Positions 50,950-62,931 of a DNA stretch of 64,000 nt are shown here, piece after piece (position 1 is the stretch's first letter; each line of letters begins with the position of its first letter). The notes below the pieces were generated by a model. It was given only the letters and a program-made list of their open reading frames with translations, was not told the origin of the DNA and did not search any database. Position numbers and translations under genes: made by a program. This stretch comes from Malacoraja senta (taxonomy: Eukaryota). The stretch covers positions 1 through 64,000 of the forward strand of contig JAXLNO010000263.1 in NCBI GenBank assembly GCA_038087875.1, written 5' to 3'.

Positions 50950-51093
50950 GTACTGTCCTCGGGGACCCCGGCTTGGATGCGGCACAGTGTGTCTGCTCAA
51001 CGACAACTGTTCCCTTTCAGTGGAATGCATTACAAATGAACAGTGGAGCAGGCAACACCTGTGGATAAAGAAACAGAATTAGTGTTTCTGGTT

Positions 51094-51277
51094 AGACAAA
51101 AATGCTGGAGAAACTCAGCGGGTGAGGCAGCATCTATGGAGCGAAGGAAATAGGCAACATTTCGGGCCGAAACGTTACCTATTTCCTTCGCCGCATAGAT
51201 GCTGCCTCACCTGCTGAGTTTCTCCAGCATTTTTGTCTACCTTCGATTTTCCAGCATCTGCGGTTCCTTCTTAAACA
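51094..51277. mobile_element. Fold-back Penelope-derived element
   Basis: Near-perfect palindrome centred at ~51165; 14-bp TSD TAG(T/C)GTTTCTGGTT. Confidence 0.82.
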
Positions 51278-51467
51278 TAGCGTTTCTGGTTGATGAGTTT
51301 TGTTGGACACCGATCAGTAACTCTGTTTCTCTCTCTGCAGATGCTGCCTGACATGTTAAGTATTTCACACATTTGTTGTTTTTAGTTCCAGTTTCCAATA
51401 TCTGCAATATTTCCTATTTGTGTTCAAGAGCACACAGATGTAATATCCCAGGATTAATCATAGCTGC

Positions 51468-51770
51468 TTAGAGCCGCTGCCTCACAGCGACAGAGACCTG
51501 GGTTCGATCCTCACCTCAGGTGCTGTCTGTGTGGAGTTTGCAGGTTCTCCCTGTGACCTTGTGGGTTTTCTCCAGGTGGTCCTCCCATGTCCCAATGAAG
51601 TGAGTTGGGAGGTTAATTGGCCTCTGTATATCGCCCCCGGTGAGTGGTAGAATCTGAGAGGAGTTGGCGGGAATGTGGGGAGGAAGGCTGGGATTAGTGC
51701 GGGGATGGTGGTGTGCTCATTGGTCGGCATGGGCAAGGTGGGCAGAAGGTCCTGTTTCGGTGCCGGATAA
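51468..51770 (+). mobile_element. V-SINE/HE1-like SINE
   Basis: gagccgctgcctcacagc...gggttcgatcc; core and tail. Confidence 0.8.
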
Positions 51771-52044
51771 CTCTGGGGTCTGGACCCTGACCTCGGATTC
51801 TGCCCCAGTCTCAGACTGTAAGACCCTGGACCTTGTATCAGCTCTGGGACCAGGCCCAGCGAGGTCTGTCAGATCCCATTCTGTGGGCCACAGGGTGATG
51901 AAGGTTTGAGGTCAATTGATTGTGGAGACCCAAGAGAGATTTCTGTCCTGAGATCTTTGGGCTACAGAGCAGCTGTGTGTGTGTTTGAGAGAGAGAAGGC
52001 TGGGTTTGGCTGTTGAAAATCTCACAGCTACTGATACCGCCCGT

Positions 52045-52445
52045 ACAATGGGTCTGAAGGATATGATCCACACTGGGGATGGGTCTGAAGGATCTGCATC
52101 ATTCTGATGATGATCTGAGGGAGCTGAACCACACTGGGGATGTCTGAGGGATGTGATCACCTAGGGATGGTCTGATGACCGGTCGCCCTGGGGATGGTCT
52201 GATTGATCTGTTCCACTTTGGGGATGGTCTGAGGGAACTGATCACCGGGGGATGGTCTGAGGGAACTGATCACCGGGGGATGGGTCGGAGTGATCTGGAC
52301 CACACTGGAGATGGTCTGAAAGAATCTGAACTATTCTGGATCTGACCGCCCTGTGAGTGGGTCTGTGGGACCTGCACCATTCAGCTGATGATCCGAGGGA
52401 TGTGATCACCAAGAGATGGTCTGAGAATCCGATGGTCTGGCGATG
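52045..52445. repeat. Degenerate minisatellite (~28-30 bp; gatggtctgagggaactgatcaccgggg)
   Basis: Repeated GATGGTCTGA/TGATCAC motifs. Confidence 0.75.
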
Positions 52446-52685
52446 GGCTGAGATCTGCATCTCTTTGAGCTCAGCTGGGCCCAGATCGTTTCCTGACGGA
52501 CGGTCTTCAAGCTGAAGCGTTTACTCTGTTTCCCTTCCCACAGATGCGGTCTGACCTGCTGAGTGTTTCTAGCATTTGCTGCTTTTTGTTTTAAATTCCC
52601 AGCGCCTGCTGTTCTATTGAGTTTGATCTTACCTTGCCGTGGCGATGTACATAAATCCACCTAACAACAATTTCTTTCTCTACAG

Positions 52686-52718
52686 GGTGACCAGGGGGAA
52701 CCCGGAGTGAATGGCCAG
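52686..52718 (+). CDS. col9a2: col9a2-like exon 27 (GDQGEPGVNGQ)
   Basis: cag|...|gtcagt; 33 bp, last triplet completed by the next exon. Confidence 0.9.
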
Positions 52719-53029
52719 GTCAGTCAAAGTGTGTCTTTCCTGAGGCTGCAGGGGAGAGGATAATGCATGTTGGAGGGGGGGGGGGGTGGAGAAAGGGGTC
52801 TCTGGAGGAGGGATAGTCACGTCAATGTGCAAAGAGTTAGCAGAGGAAGAATCCAGTTACAGTGGGATAAGATGGGAACTGTGCTGGGTAAAATGGAATC
52901 AATGATTGACTTGTGATACCACAAGCGAACAATGGGTGTCCTTTTCAGGGTCAGTGGTCCATGTAGAGTCCAGGTACATTCCCAGGAAAGGGAAGGGCAG
53001 GGAGATCCTGGATGAGCTCTGGTAGGCTG

Positions 53030-54087
53030 CTCTGGAAGGTTGGATCCAAGGAGAGAGCTGAATGGACAGCAAATTGGCTGGTGGAAGGTTGCTTCTCGGA
53101 CTGGAGGCCTGTGGGTAGTGGTGTGCGTCAAGGTTCGATGCTGGGCCCGTTACTGTTTGTCTTTTACATTAATGATTTGACTGAGAACATACAGGGCAAG
53201 ATTAGCAAGTTTGCTGATGAAACAAAAGTGGGTGGTTTTGCAGATAGTGAAGATGGTCATAAAAAATTGCAGCAGGATCTGGATCGATTGGCCAGGTGGG
53301 CTGAGGAATGGTTGATAGAATTTAATAATGTAAGGTGTTGCATTTTGGGACGTCTAGCAACGGCAGGACTTACACAGTGAATGGTAGGCCTCTGGGGAGT
53401 GTTGTAGAGCAGAGGGGTCTAGGAGTGCAGGTGCATGGTTCCTTGAAAGTCGAGTCGCAGGTAGATAAGGTGGTCAAAAAGGCTTCTGGCACATCTGTCC
53501 GAGTATTGAGCATAGCATTTGGGAGGTCGTGTTGTAGTTGTATAAGACGTTGGTGAGAATGCATTTAGAGTATTGTGTTCAGTTCTGGCCAGCATGTTAT
53601 AAGAAAGATATTGTCAAGCTTGAAAGGGTTCCGAGAAGATCTACGAGGATGTTGCCAGGACTAGAAGGCTGAGCTATAGGGAGAAGTTGAGTAGGCTGGG
53701 TCTCTATTCCTTGGAGCGCAGGAGGATGAGGGGTGATCTAATAGAATAAAATCATGAGAGGAATAGATCAGGTAGATGCACAGAATCTCATGCCCAGAGT
53801 AGGGGAATCGAGGACCAGAGGACATAGGTTTAAGGTGAAGGGGAAAAGATTTAATGGGAATCTGAGAGATAAATTTTGAACACAATGGGTGGTGGGAGTA
53901 TGAAACAAGCTGCCAGAGGAGGTAGTTGAGGCTGGGACTATCCCAACATTTAAGAAACAGTTAGACAGGTACAGGGAGGGATATGGACCAAACGTAGGCA
54001 GGTGGGACTAATGTAGCTGGGACATGTTGGCCAGTGTAGGCAAGGTGGGCCAAAGGGCCTCTTTCCACACTATATCCTCTATGACTC
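53030..54087 (+). mobile_element. CR1-type LINE (RT C-terminal part, frameshifted)
   Basis: SGVRQGSMLGPLLFVFYINDL, KFADETK; CR1 3' UTR. Confidence 0.85.
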
Positions 54088-54753
54088 GAACTGCGGGGAC
54101 TTGGGAGAAATAAGATCACCTTAAACTAATTTGACAGAATGTTCTGAAGAACTAACAGAAAGGATGAGTGAGGGAAGTGTCGCTGATGCAGCATATATGG
54201 ACTTCCAAAAGATGCTTGATGAAGTGCCACTGAATGGTCTGTCAAACCGATTGAAGGTCATGGAATGATGCAGGCTGAAGCAGAAAGGGGGAAGTTAGAG
54301 GAAGCGGAGAGCAGCAGTGAAAAGCTGGAGGGAAGCATAGAATTGGGAAAGGAACACTGGTTTCATTAATCAATGTTAATTCCTTGTTCTTGGCTGTACA
54401 AGGCACAATGTCTAAACCTGTAGATTACACCAAATTTGGAAGTGGCAAGAACAGTAATAAACCACAAGGAGATACAGATAGACTGATGGAATGGGCAGAT
54501 ACAATTTAATGTGGAAGAATGTTAAGTACACTTCCTTTTGGCAGGAAGAATGAGTGTGTGTGTGAATACGTTTATTGGCCAAGTATTCACATACAAGGAA
54601 TTTGCCTTGGTGCTCCGCCCACAAGTGACAACATGACATACAGTGACAGTTAGGAATGACACATAAACCATTAAATATTAATAATAAAACATTATCGATT
54701 AAACATGTGAATTAAATAAAATACCGGAGCATGCCAAATACGTGACAAATAGA

Positions 54754-55075
54754 GGGGCAGCACAGTGGCGCCGCTGGGAGTGCCGCTGCCTCACAGCACC
54801 AGGGACCCGGGTTTGATCCAGACCTCGGCTGCTGTGTGTGTGGAGTTTGCTCATTCTCCCTGTGACCACATGGGTTTCCTCCGGGTACTATAGTTTCCTC
54901 CCACGCGCAGGTTTGTAGGCTAATTGGCCTCTGTGAGTAGCCCCGAGTGTTGCAGGGTGTGAATACAAAAGTGGGATAAAGTAGAACTTGTGTGAATAGG
55001 TGATCGGTGGTCTGTATGGACTCGGTGGGCCAAAGGGCATGTTTCCTTTCAGTGAACTAAATGAAACTAAACTAA
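54754..55075 (+). mobile_element. V-SINE/HE1-like SINE
   Basis: ggggcagcacagtggcgcc head; (CTAAA)n tail. Confidence 0.82.
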
Positions 55076-55861
55076 AGATTACAGTTCTAAAAGGTGTGCA
55101 GGAACAGGGAGAGCTGGAGGCAGGGATACGAAGCACATCGACAGTGCAGGATGGGGAAGTACACAGGGTCGTGGGTTTGGAGCACAGAGGCTGGAGAGCA
55201 ACGAGCAAAGACATCATTGCCCTCTATCACCTGCAGGACCAGCCACAAGTGAGGATAGTGTTCAGCTCTGCATGCCCCGCAGATGTAAAGGCTCCAGAGA
55301 GGGCTCAGAAGAGGTTTGCTGAATTAACTCCACTGTTGAGGGAAGTAAGCCGCAAGGTTGCAAAGTTAGGGATCTGGTGAGAGAGGGCACGTATGATGAA
55401 GGTAGAACAGAACAGCACAGGACAGGCCCTTCGGCCCATTGTGTCCATGCTGAACATGATGTCAAGTCAAACCAATCTCCTCTGCCTGCACATGATCCTT
55501 TCCCTCCATTCCTTGCACGTCGATGTGACTATCCAAAAGTTTCTGAAACGCCACTCTCATGCCTGCCTCCAGCACCAAGGGACATGGGAGGGATGTGGGG
55601 AGGGAAAGGAGAGGCAGAGAATTAGGGGGGGGGGCGTATATGGTGCAGAGGGTGGGGAGTGGGTGTTGTGAGCTGGGTGGGTGGTGGGAGCAGGGAAGGT
55701 GGGTGGTGGGGAGGTGCATGGGTGGGGGTGAGGGGAGCCTGTGTGGGTTGTGGGGATGAAGGGGGAGAGTGGGGTGTGTGGTGGGAGCAGCATCATGGGG
55801 TGGGGAATGGGAGCGCCATGGACGCAAGCACTGAAACCCCGCCTTCTTGCTGCCCCTCCAG

Positions 55862-56008
55862 GAAGGTGTGCCAGGAGAGCCGGGATACCAGGGTGCTCCC
55901 GGCAACCCCGGTGAGCCCGGAGCCCAGGGTCGTCGAGGACTGCCGGGGTCCCGAGGCCCCCACGGCAGACGTGGAATATCAGGAGTGATTGGACGCCAGG
56001 GAACTGTG
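55862..56008 (+). CDS. col9a2: col9a2-like exon 28 (EGVPGEPGYQ...GRQGTV)
   Basis: cag|...|gtaagt; 147 bp. Confidence 0.94.
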
Positions 56009-56249
56009 GTAAGTATTCCAGCCGTGTGTGGGGTCTTGGGGCAAGTGGAGGGGAGGCAGGGAACAGGCGCAGAACCCACACATAGACGGGCAAGCCTGCC
56101 TTCCCTCAGGAACGGGCTGCTGATGTTGCTCAGAATTCCAGCGACTCCTGGACCCCGGAATCCTCCACACTCTGACTTCTCACATCCGTAAGGTGAGCCA
56201 GAGACTGACTGACGATGCCCAGACTTACCTGACACAGAACGAACCCAGG

Positions 56250-56490
56250 CTGTACCAGAACAGAGCATCCTTGTACTGTAGCGGTCCAGGGAATCCTTGG
56301 ACTGTACCGTGTCAAACCAGAGGATCCTTGTACGATAGCAGACCGGGGAATCTTTGTGCTGCACTGTAATGTACTGTACCAGACAAGGGGACCTTTGTAG
56401 AGTAGCGGACTGGTCAATCCTTGTACTATACTGGTCCTGAGCAGGGAATCCTTGTACGGTAGCGGACCAGGGAACTCTTGTACTGTAGAT
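56250..56490. repeat. Degenerate minisatellite (~26 bp; gaatccttgtactgtagcggaccagg)
   Basis: Repeated ATCCTTGTAC/ACCAG motifs. Confidence 0.7.
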
Positions 56491-58308
56491 AGACAAAAGG
56501 TGCTGGAGTAACTCAGCGGGTCAGGTAGCATCTCTGGAGAATAAGGATGGTCTGGACCTGGATGTTTCAGGTCTGGATCCTTCTACAGACTGAAGTCCAT
56601 AGAAGATTATAGTTGCTGGGACTAGTGTTCTGTCGAGTTCCCTGATGATTGCTTGGAAGGTGTTCTTCAATCTGGAGGTCATGGTTTCCAGACTCCTGTA
56701 CCTTCTTCCCAATGGTATGAGTGAAATGAGTAGTGGCAAGGGTGGTGCGAGTCATTGGCTGACTTTCAGGCAGTGCCTCCTGTAGAACCCTTCGACGGTG
56801 GAGGCCAGTACCTGTGATGGACCATTCACAGGAGTGACTGCGACTTGTCATGTTATGTAAGAGTTGAGAGCTAAACCACTATATCCTTTAGTTTATCCCA
56901 CTACCAAAGCCCCCCGTTGATGATAAACAGGAAGGAGTTTGGTTACTTTATCTGCCAATTCTGTGATCTTTTAGAGAAGCACTTTACTCTGCATCCGAAG
57001 TGCAGCAGCATCCTTGTTCCCAAATCATTACCTGTTCCTAAACCTCCTACCCTGACTGTCCAAGAACCCCGCCAGTCCTTTCAGGTGAGGCAGAGGTTCA
57101 TGCAGCTCCTCCAACCTCTTCCAACCTGAGTGAGGTCCAACACAAATTGAACAGCACCTCATATTTCGCTTGGGTAGCTTACAACCCAGCGGTATGAATA
57201 TTGATTTTTCTAACTTCAAATTACACTTGCTTTCCCTCTCTCTCCGACCCTACCCCATCCTAGTTCTCTGACTAGTTTCACTGTCCTCCTGATTAATGGA
57301 GAGAGAAATTGTGTTAATGTTTCAGGTTGACCTCATCAATATCAGCTCATTCTGGTGAAGTGTTACGGCCCTGAAATATTAGGTCTACTCTGCACTCCAC
57401 AGTTGCTATCTGACCTATGGGGAGTGTTTCTGGCCTTTTCTGTTTAATTTCAGATTTGTATTACCCACAGTTTTTTGTTTGTCTCACCACATTCCCTCGA
57501 TGTTCAACAGCATAGCTGTTACTGAATGCTGGGGGTGAGAGGTCTGTATTACCTGGACCAGCTATGTAAATGCCAGGGCTACAGGGACAGCTCAGAGGCT
57601 GCCTGCCTACCTACCCTGCCACGAGTGACTCAGTTCCTGATGTTCCAGAGTCTTTCCACCATCTGCCAGGCACAGGCCAGGAGTGTGATAGAACCCTCTG
57701 CCCTTAACTGAATGGACACAGCTCTAAGATCACCCGAGGAGCTTTCAGTATTTGGGACAGAGCTGTCTGCTCGTTCGAAGCATTCACTCCTTCACCACTG
57801 CTGCGCTGTGTCTGCAGAGAGGACCGCCCATGAGATACATGGTTGTGAGCCTTCACTCCCTGTACGTCCCGACCTGCCACCTCTGTCATCAGGGTTATGA
57901 TCACAGCACTACCCTCAATCTCCATCACCCGCTCTCCCAAGTCACACACCATCCTGATTTAGTAATAGATCATTGACCCATTATCATTGATAAGTTTGAT
58001 TCCAGGGACTCCTGTTATGGGAGCTCGTCACCAGAAGTACTATGAAGATTCAAGGAGGCAGCTCGCTCCCACCTCCTCAAGGGCATTCGTGGATGGACAA
58101 TGATTGCTGACCCTGACAGTGCCACCTACATCCCTCAGAGAATAAAGATATGTTAAATTTATATCTTGGTTGTACGAGGCAGGGAAAAGTGGATGATGGA
58201 ATGTGTTTGTTCCCAACACTGCCTGTCAGGATGGGCTGGATCAGAATTGGTGTCACCCGTTCAGGATGGGCAAGGCTTCTACCTAACCTCTTCTATTTCT
58301 GTTGGCAG

Positions 58309-58363
58309 GGCCGAGATACAGGAGATCAACATATTGTCGAGGTGTGCTTGAAAATGATGCAAG
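58309..58363 (+). CDS. col9a2: col9a2-like exon 29 (GRDTGDQHIVEVCLKMMQ; NC2 first half)
   Basis: cag|...CAA G|gtgagt; 55 bp, phase 1. Confidence 0.94.
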
Positions 58364-58574
58364 GTGAGTGCATGATGGAGCAGTGCCATGTACTAACACT
58401 GCGTCTCATAGATCATAGATCAGAAACTGCACAAGATCAGGCCCTTTTCCCACAATGTCTGCATCAAACAAGATGCAAAGACTAACTTTTATCTACCTGG
58501 GCATAATCCATATCCCTCCATTCCCTGCCCCTTATGCCTTGAAACTACGACTTCAATTGGTAAGTAGTAATCTG

Positions 58575-58990
58575 GAGAGGTTTCAGAGATAGTCCAAGTG
58601 AATATAAGGGCACGGTGGAAGTTTGTGGCAAACCTAATGAAATCAATGAGTTCTGCACGGGTGCAGGAGGCAGCCACGATGCATTCGTCAATGTAACGGA
58701 GAAAGAATTGGGCCATACTGTCGTGCCAGTGTACATTTGGAGCAAGGACTGCTTGACGTGACCAACAAAAAGGCAGGTCCATTACTACACCTTTAACTTG
58801 GAGAAAGTGAGCGGAGTCAAAAGAGAAGTTGTTGAGTGTGAGGACAAGTTCTGTCAGGCAGAGGAGAGCATTAGTAGAGAGAAATTAGGTCTTTGTACAA
58901 CAAAGCATTGGAGGGCCTTGAGACCCTCCTGGTGGGGAATGGTGTAAAGGGACTGAACGTCCATGGTAAAGGTGAGGCAATGGGGAGACC
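58575..58990 (-). mobile_element. Penelope-like RT fragment
   Basis: FFLRYIDECIVAASCTRAELIDFIRFATNFH..FTWTIS. Confidence 0.75.
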
Positions 58991-59354
58991 AGGAAAATGA
59001 AAATTATTCAACTATTAATGGAACTCTACAAGGAATTGGGACTGACTAGTTTTCCTCCACAAAAGGCCAGCATACTCAATGGAATGAATGGCCTCTTCCC
59101 ATCTTATGCTAATTCTTATGCTAATTTTGTGTACAATAGAGTATTAGCATACGAGTTACCTACCAGTGTGTCACTGAGTTCTGGTGTATATGTTGCTATT
59201 TATCAAGGTAAACTTTAACCATTAGAGAATGAATGAGTGAATATATAACGTGCATTCATGTACACATGTGCTGAATTGCATATATGAATGAATTATATGT
59301 TACAAAATATTACGTCTTTCACAACCTGAAACCATTAATGTTGGTATTATGGGA

Positions 59355-61336
59355 AATTAGGGTTAGTGTTAAATCCAAGGAAGAGGCATATAATTTGGCC
59401 AGAGGAAGCAGCAAACGGGAGGACTGGGAGAAATTTAGAATTCAACAGACGACAAAGAGGTTAATTAAGAGGGGGAAAATAGTGCATGAAAGAAAGCTTG
59501 CGGGGAATATAAAAACTGACAATAAAAGCTTCTTTAGATATGTGAAGAGGAAAAGATTAGTGAAGACAAATGTAGGTCCTGTACAGTCACAAACGGGTGA
59601 ATTTGTAATGGGAAACAAGGAGATGGCAGACCAGTTAAACAAGTACTTTGGTTCTGTCTTCACTAAGGAAGACACAAAAAAACTCCCAGAAATACTAAGG
59701 GAACGAGGATCTAGCGTGACTGAGGAACCAAAGGAAATTCACAATAGTCATTACATGGTGTTGGATAAACTGTTGGGATTGAAGGCAGATAAATCCCCAG
59801 GGCCTGGAGGTCTGCATCCCAGAGTACTCAAGGAGGTAGCCCTAGAAATCGTGGATGCATTGCTGATCATTTTCCAAAGTTCTCTCGACTCTGGATCAGT
59901 TCATATGGACTGGAGGTTAACTAATGTAACCCCACTTTTTAAGAAAGGAGGGAGAGAGAAAACTGTAGTCGGTAGTGGGGAAGATGCTTGAGTCAATTAT
60001 TAAAGATGTAATAGCAGCACATTTGGAAAACAGTGACAGGATCGGTCAAAGTCAGCATGGATTTATGAAGGGGAAACCATGCTTGACAAATCGTCTGGAA
60101 TATTTTGAGGATGTAACAAGTAGAATGGATAAGGGAGAGCCAGTGGATGTGGTGTATCTGGACTTTCAAAAAGCCTTTGACAAGGTCCTACACGAGAGAT
60201 TAGTGTGCAAAATTAGAGCACATGGAATTGGGGGTAGGGTATTGACATGGATAGAGAACTGATTGGCAGACAAGAAGCAAAGAGTAGGAATTAACAGGTC
60301 CTTTTCAGAATGGCAGGCAGTGACAAGTGGGGTGCCGCGAGGCTTGGTGCTGGGACCCCAGTTATTTACAATACATATTAACAATTTAGATGAGGGAATT
60401 AAATGTAACATCTCCAGTTGACACAAAGCTGGGTGGCAGTGTGAGCTGCGAGGAGGATGCTATGAGGCTGCAGGGTGACTTGGATAATAGGTTGGGTGAG
60501 TGGGCAGATGCATGGCAGATGGAGTATAATGTGGATAAATGTGAGGTTATCCACTTTGGTGACAAGAACAAGAAGGCAGATTATTATCTGAATGGTGTCA
60601 GATTAGGAAAAGGGGAGGTGCAATGAGACCTGTGGGTGCTTGTACATCAGTCACTGAAAGTAAGCATGCAGGTACAGAAGGCAGTAAAGAAAGCTAATGG
60701 CATGTTGGCCTTCATAGCGAGAGGATTTGAGTATAGGAGCAAGGAGGTCCTACTGTAGTTGTACAGGGCCCTGGTGAGACCGCACCTGGAGTATCGTGTG
60801 CAGTTTTGGTCTCCTAATTTGAGGAAGGACTTTCTTGTTATTGAGGGAGTGCAGCGTAGGTTCACCAGGTTAATTCCCGGGATGGCGGGACCGACGTATG
60901 ATAAAAGAATGGATCGACTGGGCTTATATTCACTGGAATTTAGAAGGATGAGAGGGCATCTTACAGAAACATATAAACTTCTAAAAGGATTGGACAGGCT
61001 AGATGCAGGAAAAATATTTCCCATGTTGGGGGAGTCCAGAACCATGGGTCACAGTTTAAGACTAAGGGGTGGGCCATTTAGGACTGAGATGAGGAAAAAC
61101 TTTTTCAGCCAGAGAGTTGTGAATCTGTGGAATTCTCTGCCATGAAAGGCAGTGGAGGCGAATTCACTGGATGGATTCAAGAGAGAGTTAGTTATAGCTC
61201 TTGGGGCTAATGGAATCAAGGGATATGGTGAAAAAGCAGGAACGGGGTACAGATTTTAGATAATCATCCCATGATCGTATTGAAGGCTTGAAGGGCCGAA
61301 TGGCCTACTAATGCACCTATGTTTCTATGTTTCTAT
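59355..61336 (+). mobile_element. CR1-type LINE, ~2 kb of degenerate ORF2 plus 3' tail
   Basis: KSPGPGGLHPRVLKE, QHGFMKGK, VYLDFQKAFDKV, RPHLEYRVQFW; several frameshifts; (CTATGTTT)n tail. Confidence 0.92.
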
Positions 61337-61891
61337 CTGCTGCCTCAACATCAACCACTTCTCCACTCCCCTCACCCACCAACCTCTACCCCTCCATACT
61401 GCTCACTCAGTAACAATGCAGTTGTTGACATCAAGCCCGCTGACCAGGGAGGTGCCGTAGTAGTCCAGCAGGTTGACCTCTACCATGCTGAGTTCAGGCA
61501 CCAGGTCTCGGACACATCCTCAAACCGAACCCTTGTCCAGGAGAAAGGTTCCCATGCTAAATATCGCCTGTCCAATCTCTTCCTGGATGCCACCTGATCC
61601 ACTGAGTTCCTGCAGCACTTTATGTTTTATGTGTTTCCCTCGTCACTTTGTGTACCTGAGAATTAGGCATCATTGAACATTAGTGCCACTGTTTATTAGT
61701 TTCCGTATATAACTGCAGGTTTAGATCGGTCTTTGGGTATTTGTGTAATAGTTATTGGACTGTGTGTAATTGAATATTTGTGGATTTGAGGGTTGTTTGC
61801 ATAGCTAACACTGAAAATTAATAAACTACTTATTGGAAATGTTTATAGGGATATGGGCCAAATGTAGGCAGGTGGGACGTGTAGATGGGGC

Positions 61892-61923
61892 ATCTGATGA
61901 AGGATCTCTACCCGAAACGTCAC
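61892..61923 (+). ncRNA. Hammerhead-like motif in a Penelope-derived repeat (canonical CTGATGA core)
   Basis: CTGATGA-A-GGATCTCTACCC-GAAA-CG-TC; stem II has one mismatch. Confidence 0.4.
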
Positions 61924-62298
61924 CCATTCCTTTTCTCCAGAGATGCTGCTTGACCCGCAGAGTTACTGTAGCATTTTGTGTCTGTCTTCGGTGTAAACCA
62001 GCATCTGCAGTTCATTCCTACACCTTTGACCAATGTTTCCTGTTCCTTGTCATTGGAAATCAATTCCCCTATTTACCTAACAAATGGGTGCAATAGAGGA
62101 CGTGCATCCTACACATTGTGCTGATGGGCTTGTTTCCGTGCTGTAAGACTCTATGACTCTAACACCTGACATGGTTCCTTTCTCTCGTGTAATGGGGCTG
62201 AGTGAACAAACCTGCAGTGGGCAACAGTTGGACCAAGCCCTGCTGTTTGCTGGCAACCTTGGTGCCTCACGCTGTCTGCCTTCCTTTGTTTGTTACAG

Positions 62299-62487
62299 AG
62301 CATTTGGCAGCAGCAGCAGTCAGTGCCAACAGACAGGTACTGGGTGGAGCAGGGATGACAGGACCTCCCGGCCCCCCCGGATCCTTGGGCGCTCCTGGTG
62401 AACAAGGAGACCACGGCGTCTCAGGAACTCGCGGCCTTCCTGGGCTGATGGGCGTTCAAGGCCAGATTGGAAACACAGGACCAAAGG
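62299..62487 (+). CDS. col9a2: col9a2-like exon 30 ([21 protein letters not shown]...[11 protein letters not shown]2/COL1)
   Basis: cag|AG CAT...AAG G|gtaagg; 189 bp. Confidence 0.94.
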
Positions 62488-62931
62488 GTAAGGTGACAAC
62501 TTGTGCCCAGACATGGGCTGGAATAGTGAAGTTCCAATCAATGGTGAGGTCCAGTCGTGGCCTTCCAATGATCATCTCATTCATTGACTGCATGAAACGT
62601 GAACATCAGACACCATGGTGACCAACGATTGATCCTCCATTGATCAATCCCAACGAACTGTTCCCCATTAATAATACATCCCAGTGATTCCCCACCCCCA
62701 CCCCATTAATTAAGCAGCCCAGTGGTTGACCCATATTGATGAAAACCTCCAGTGATGACAACCCATTCATTTAGAAGCCCAAAGCCCTCCGTTGATTGAA
62801 GAAACTCATTGGCAGCTCCCATCCCCCATTGATTAAGAAAATTGATGATTGACTTCTCATTCACTATGAAAGCTTGTGATTGATCCCCATTGATTACAAA
62901 GCTGAGTGATTGATCCCTAATCAACTACAGT

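Larger units (their letters stand above)
8728..62487 (+). other. col9a2: Collagen alpha-2(IX)-like gene, partial (25 coding exons, equivalent to human exons 6-30)
   Basis: Spliced exons read in frame as Gly-X-Y. Exon sizes 36,24,54,54,48,57,54x8,45,54x3,72,36,45,33,147,55,189 match the COL9A2 pattern as recalled. NC3 HGAEGSADLLCPTSCPS (17 aa), COL2 339 aa, NC2 [30 protein letters not shown] (30 aa), [10 protein letters not shown] in COL1. Confidence 0.92.

Noticed and set aside
50481..51082. Cys/Val- and His/Thr-rich ORFs (also ~1855-2214, 25289-25765, 44494-44826)
   Set aside because: These are translations of (GT)n microsatellites.
55462..56496. 344-aa minus-strand ORF, the longest in the track
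   Set aside because: It is the antisense of collagen exon 28 plus a minisatellite and G-rich intron sequence; no coherent domain.
59284..61145. Active CR1 ORF2
   Set aside because: Multiple frameshifts and stops, a damaged FADD motif and a 5' truncation.
8728..62487. Alternative identity as a fibrillar collagen, col9a1 or col9a3
   Set aside because: The 17-aa NC3 with EGSAD, the NC2 DQHIV..LKM.Q..AVSA motif and the exon sizes fit alpha2(IX) best.
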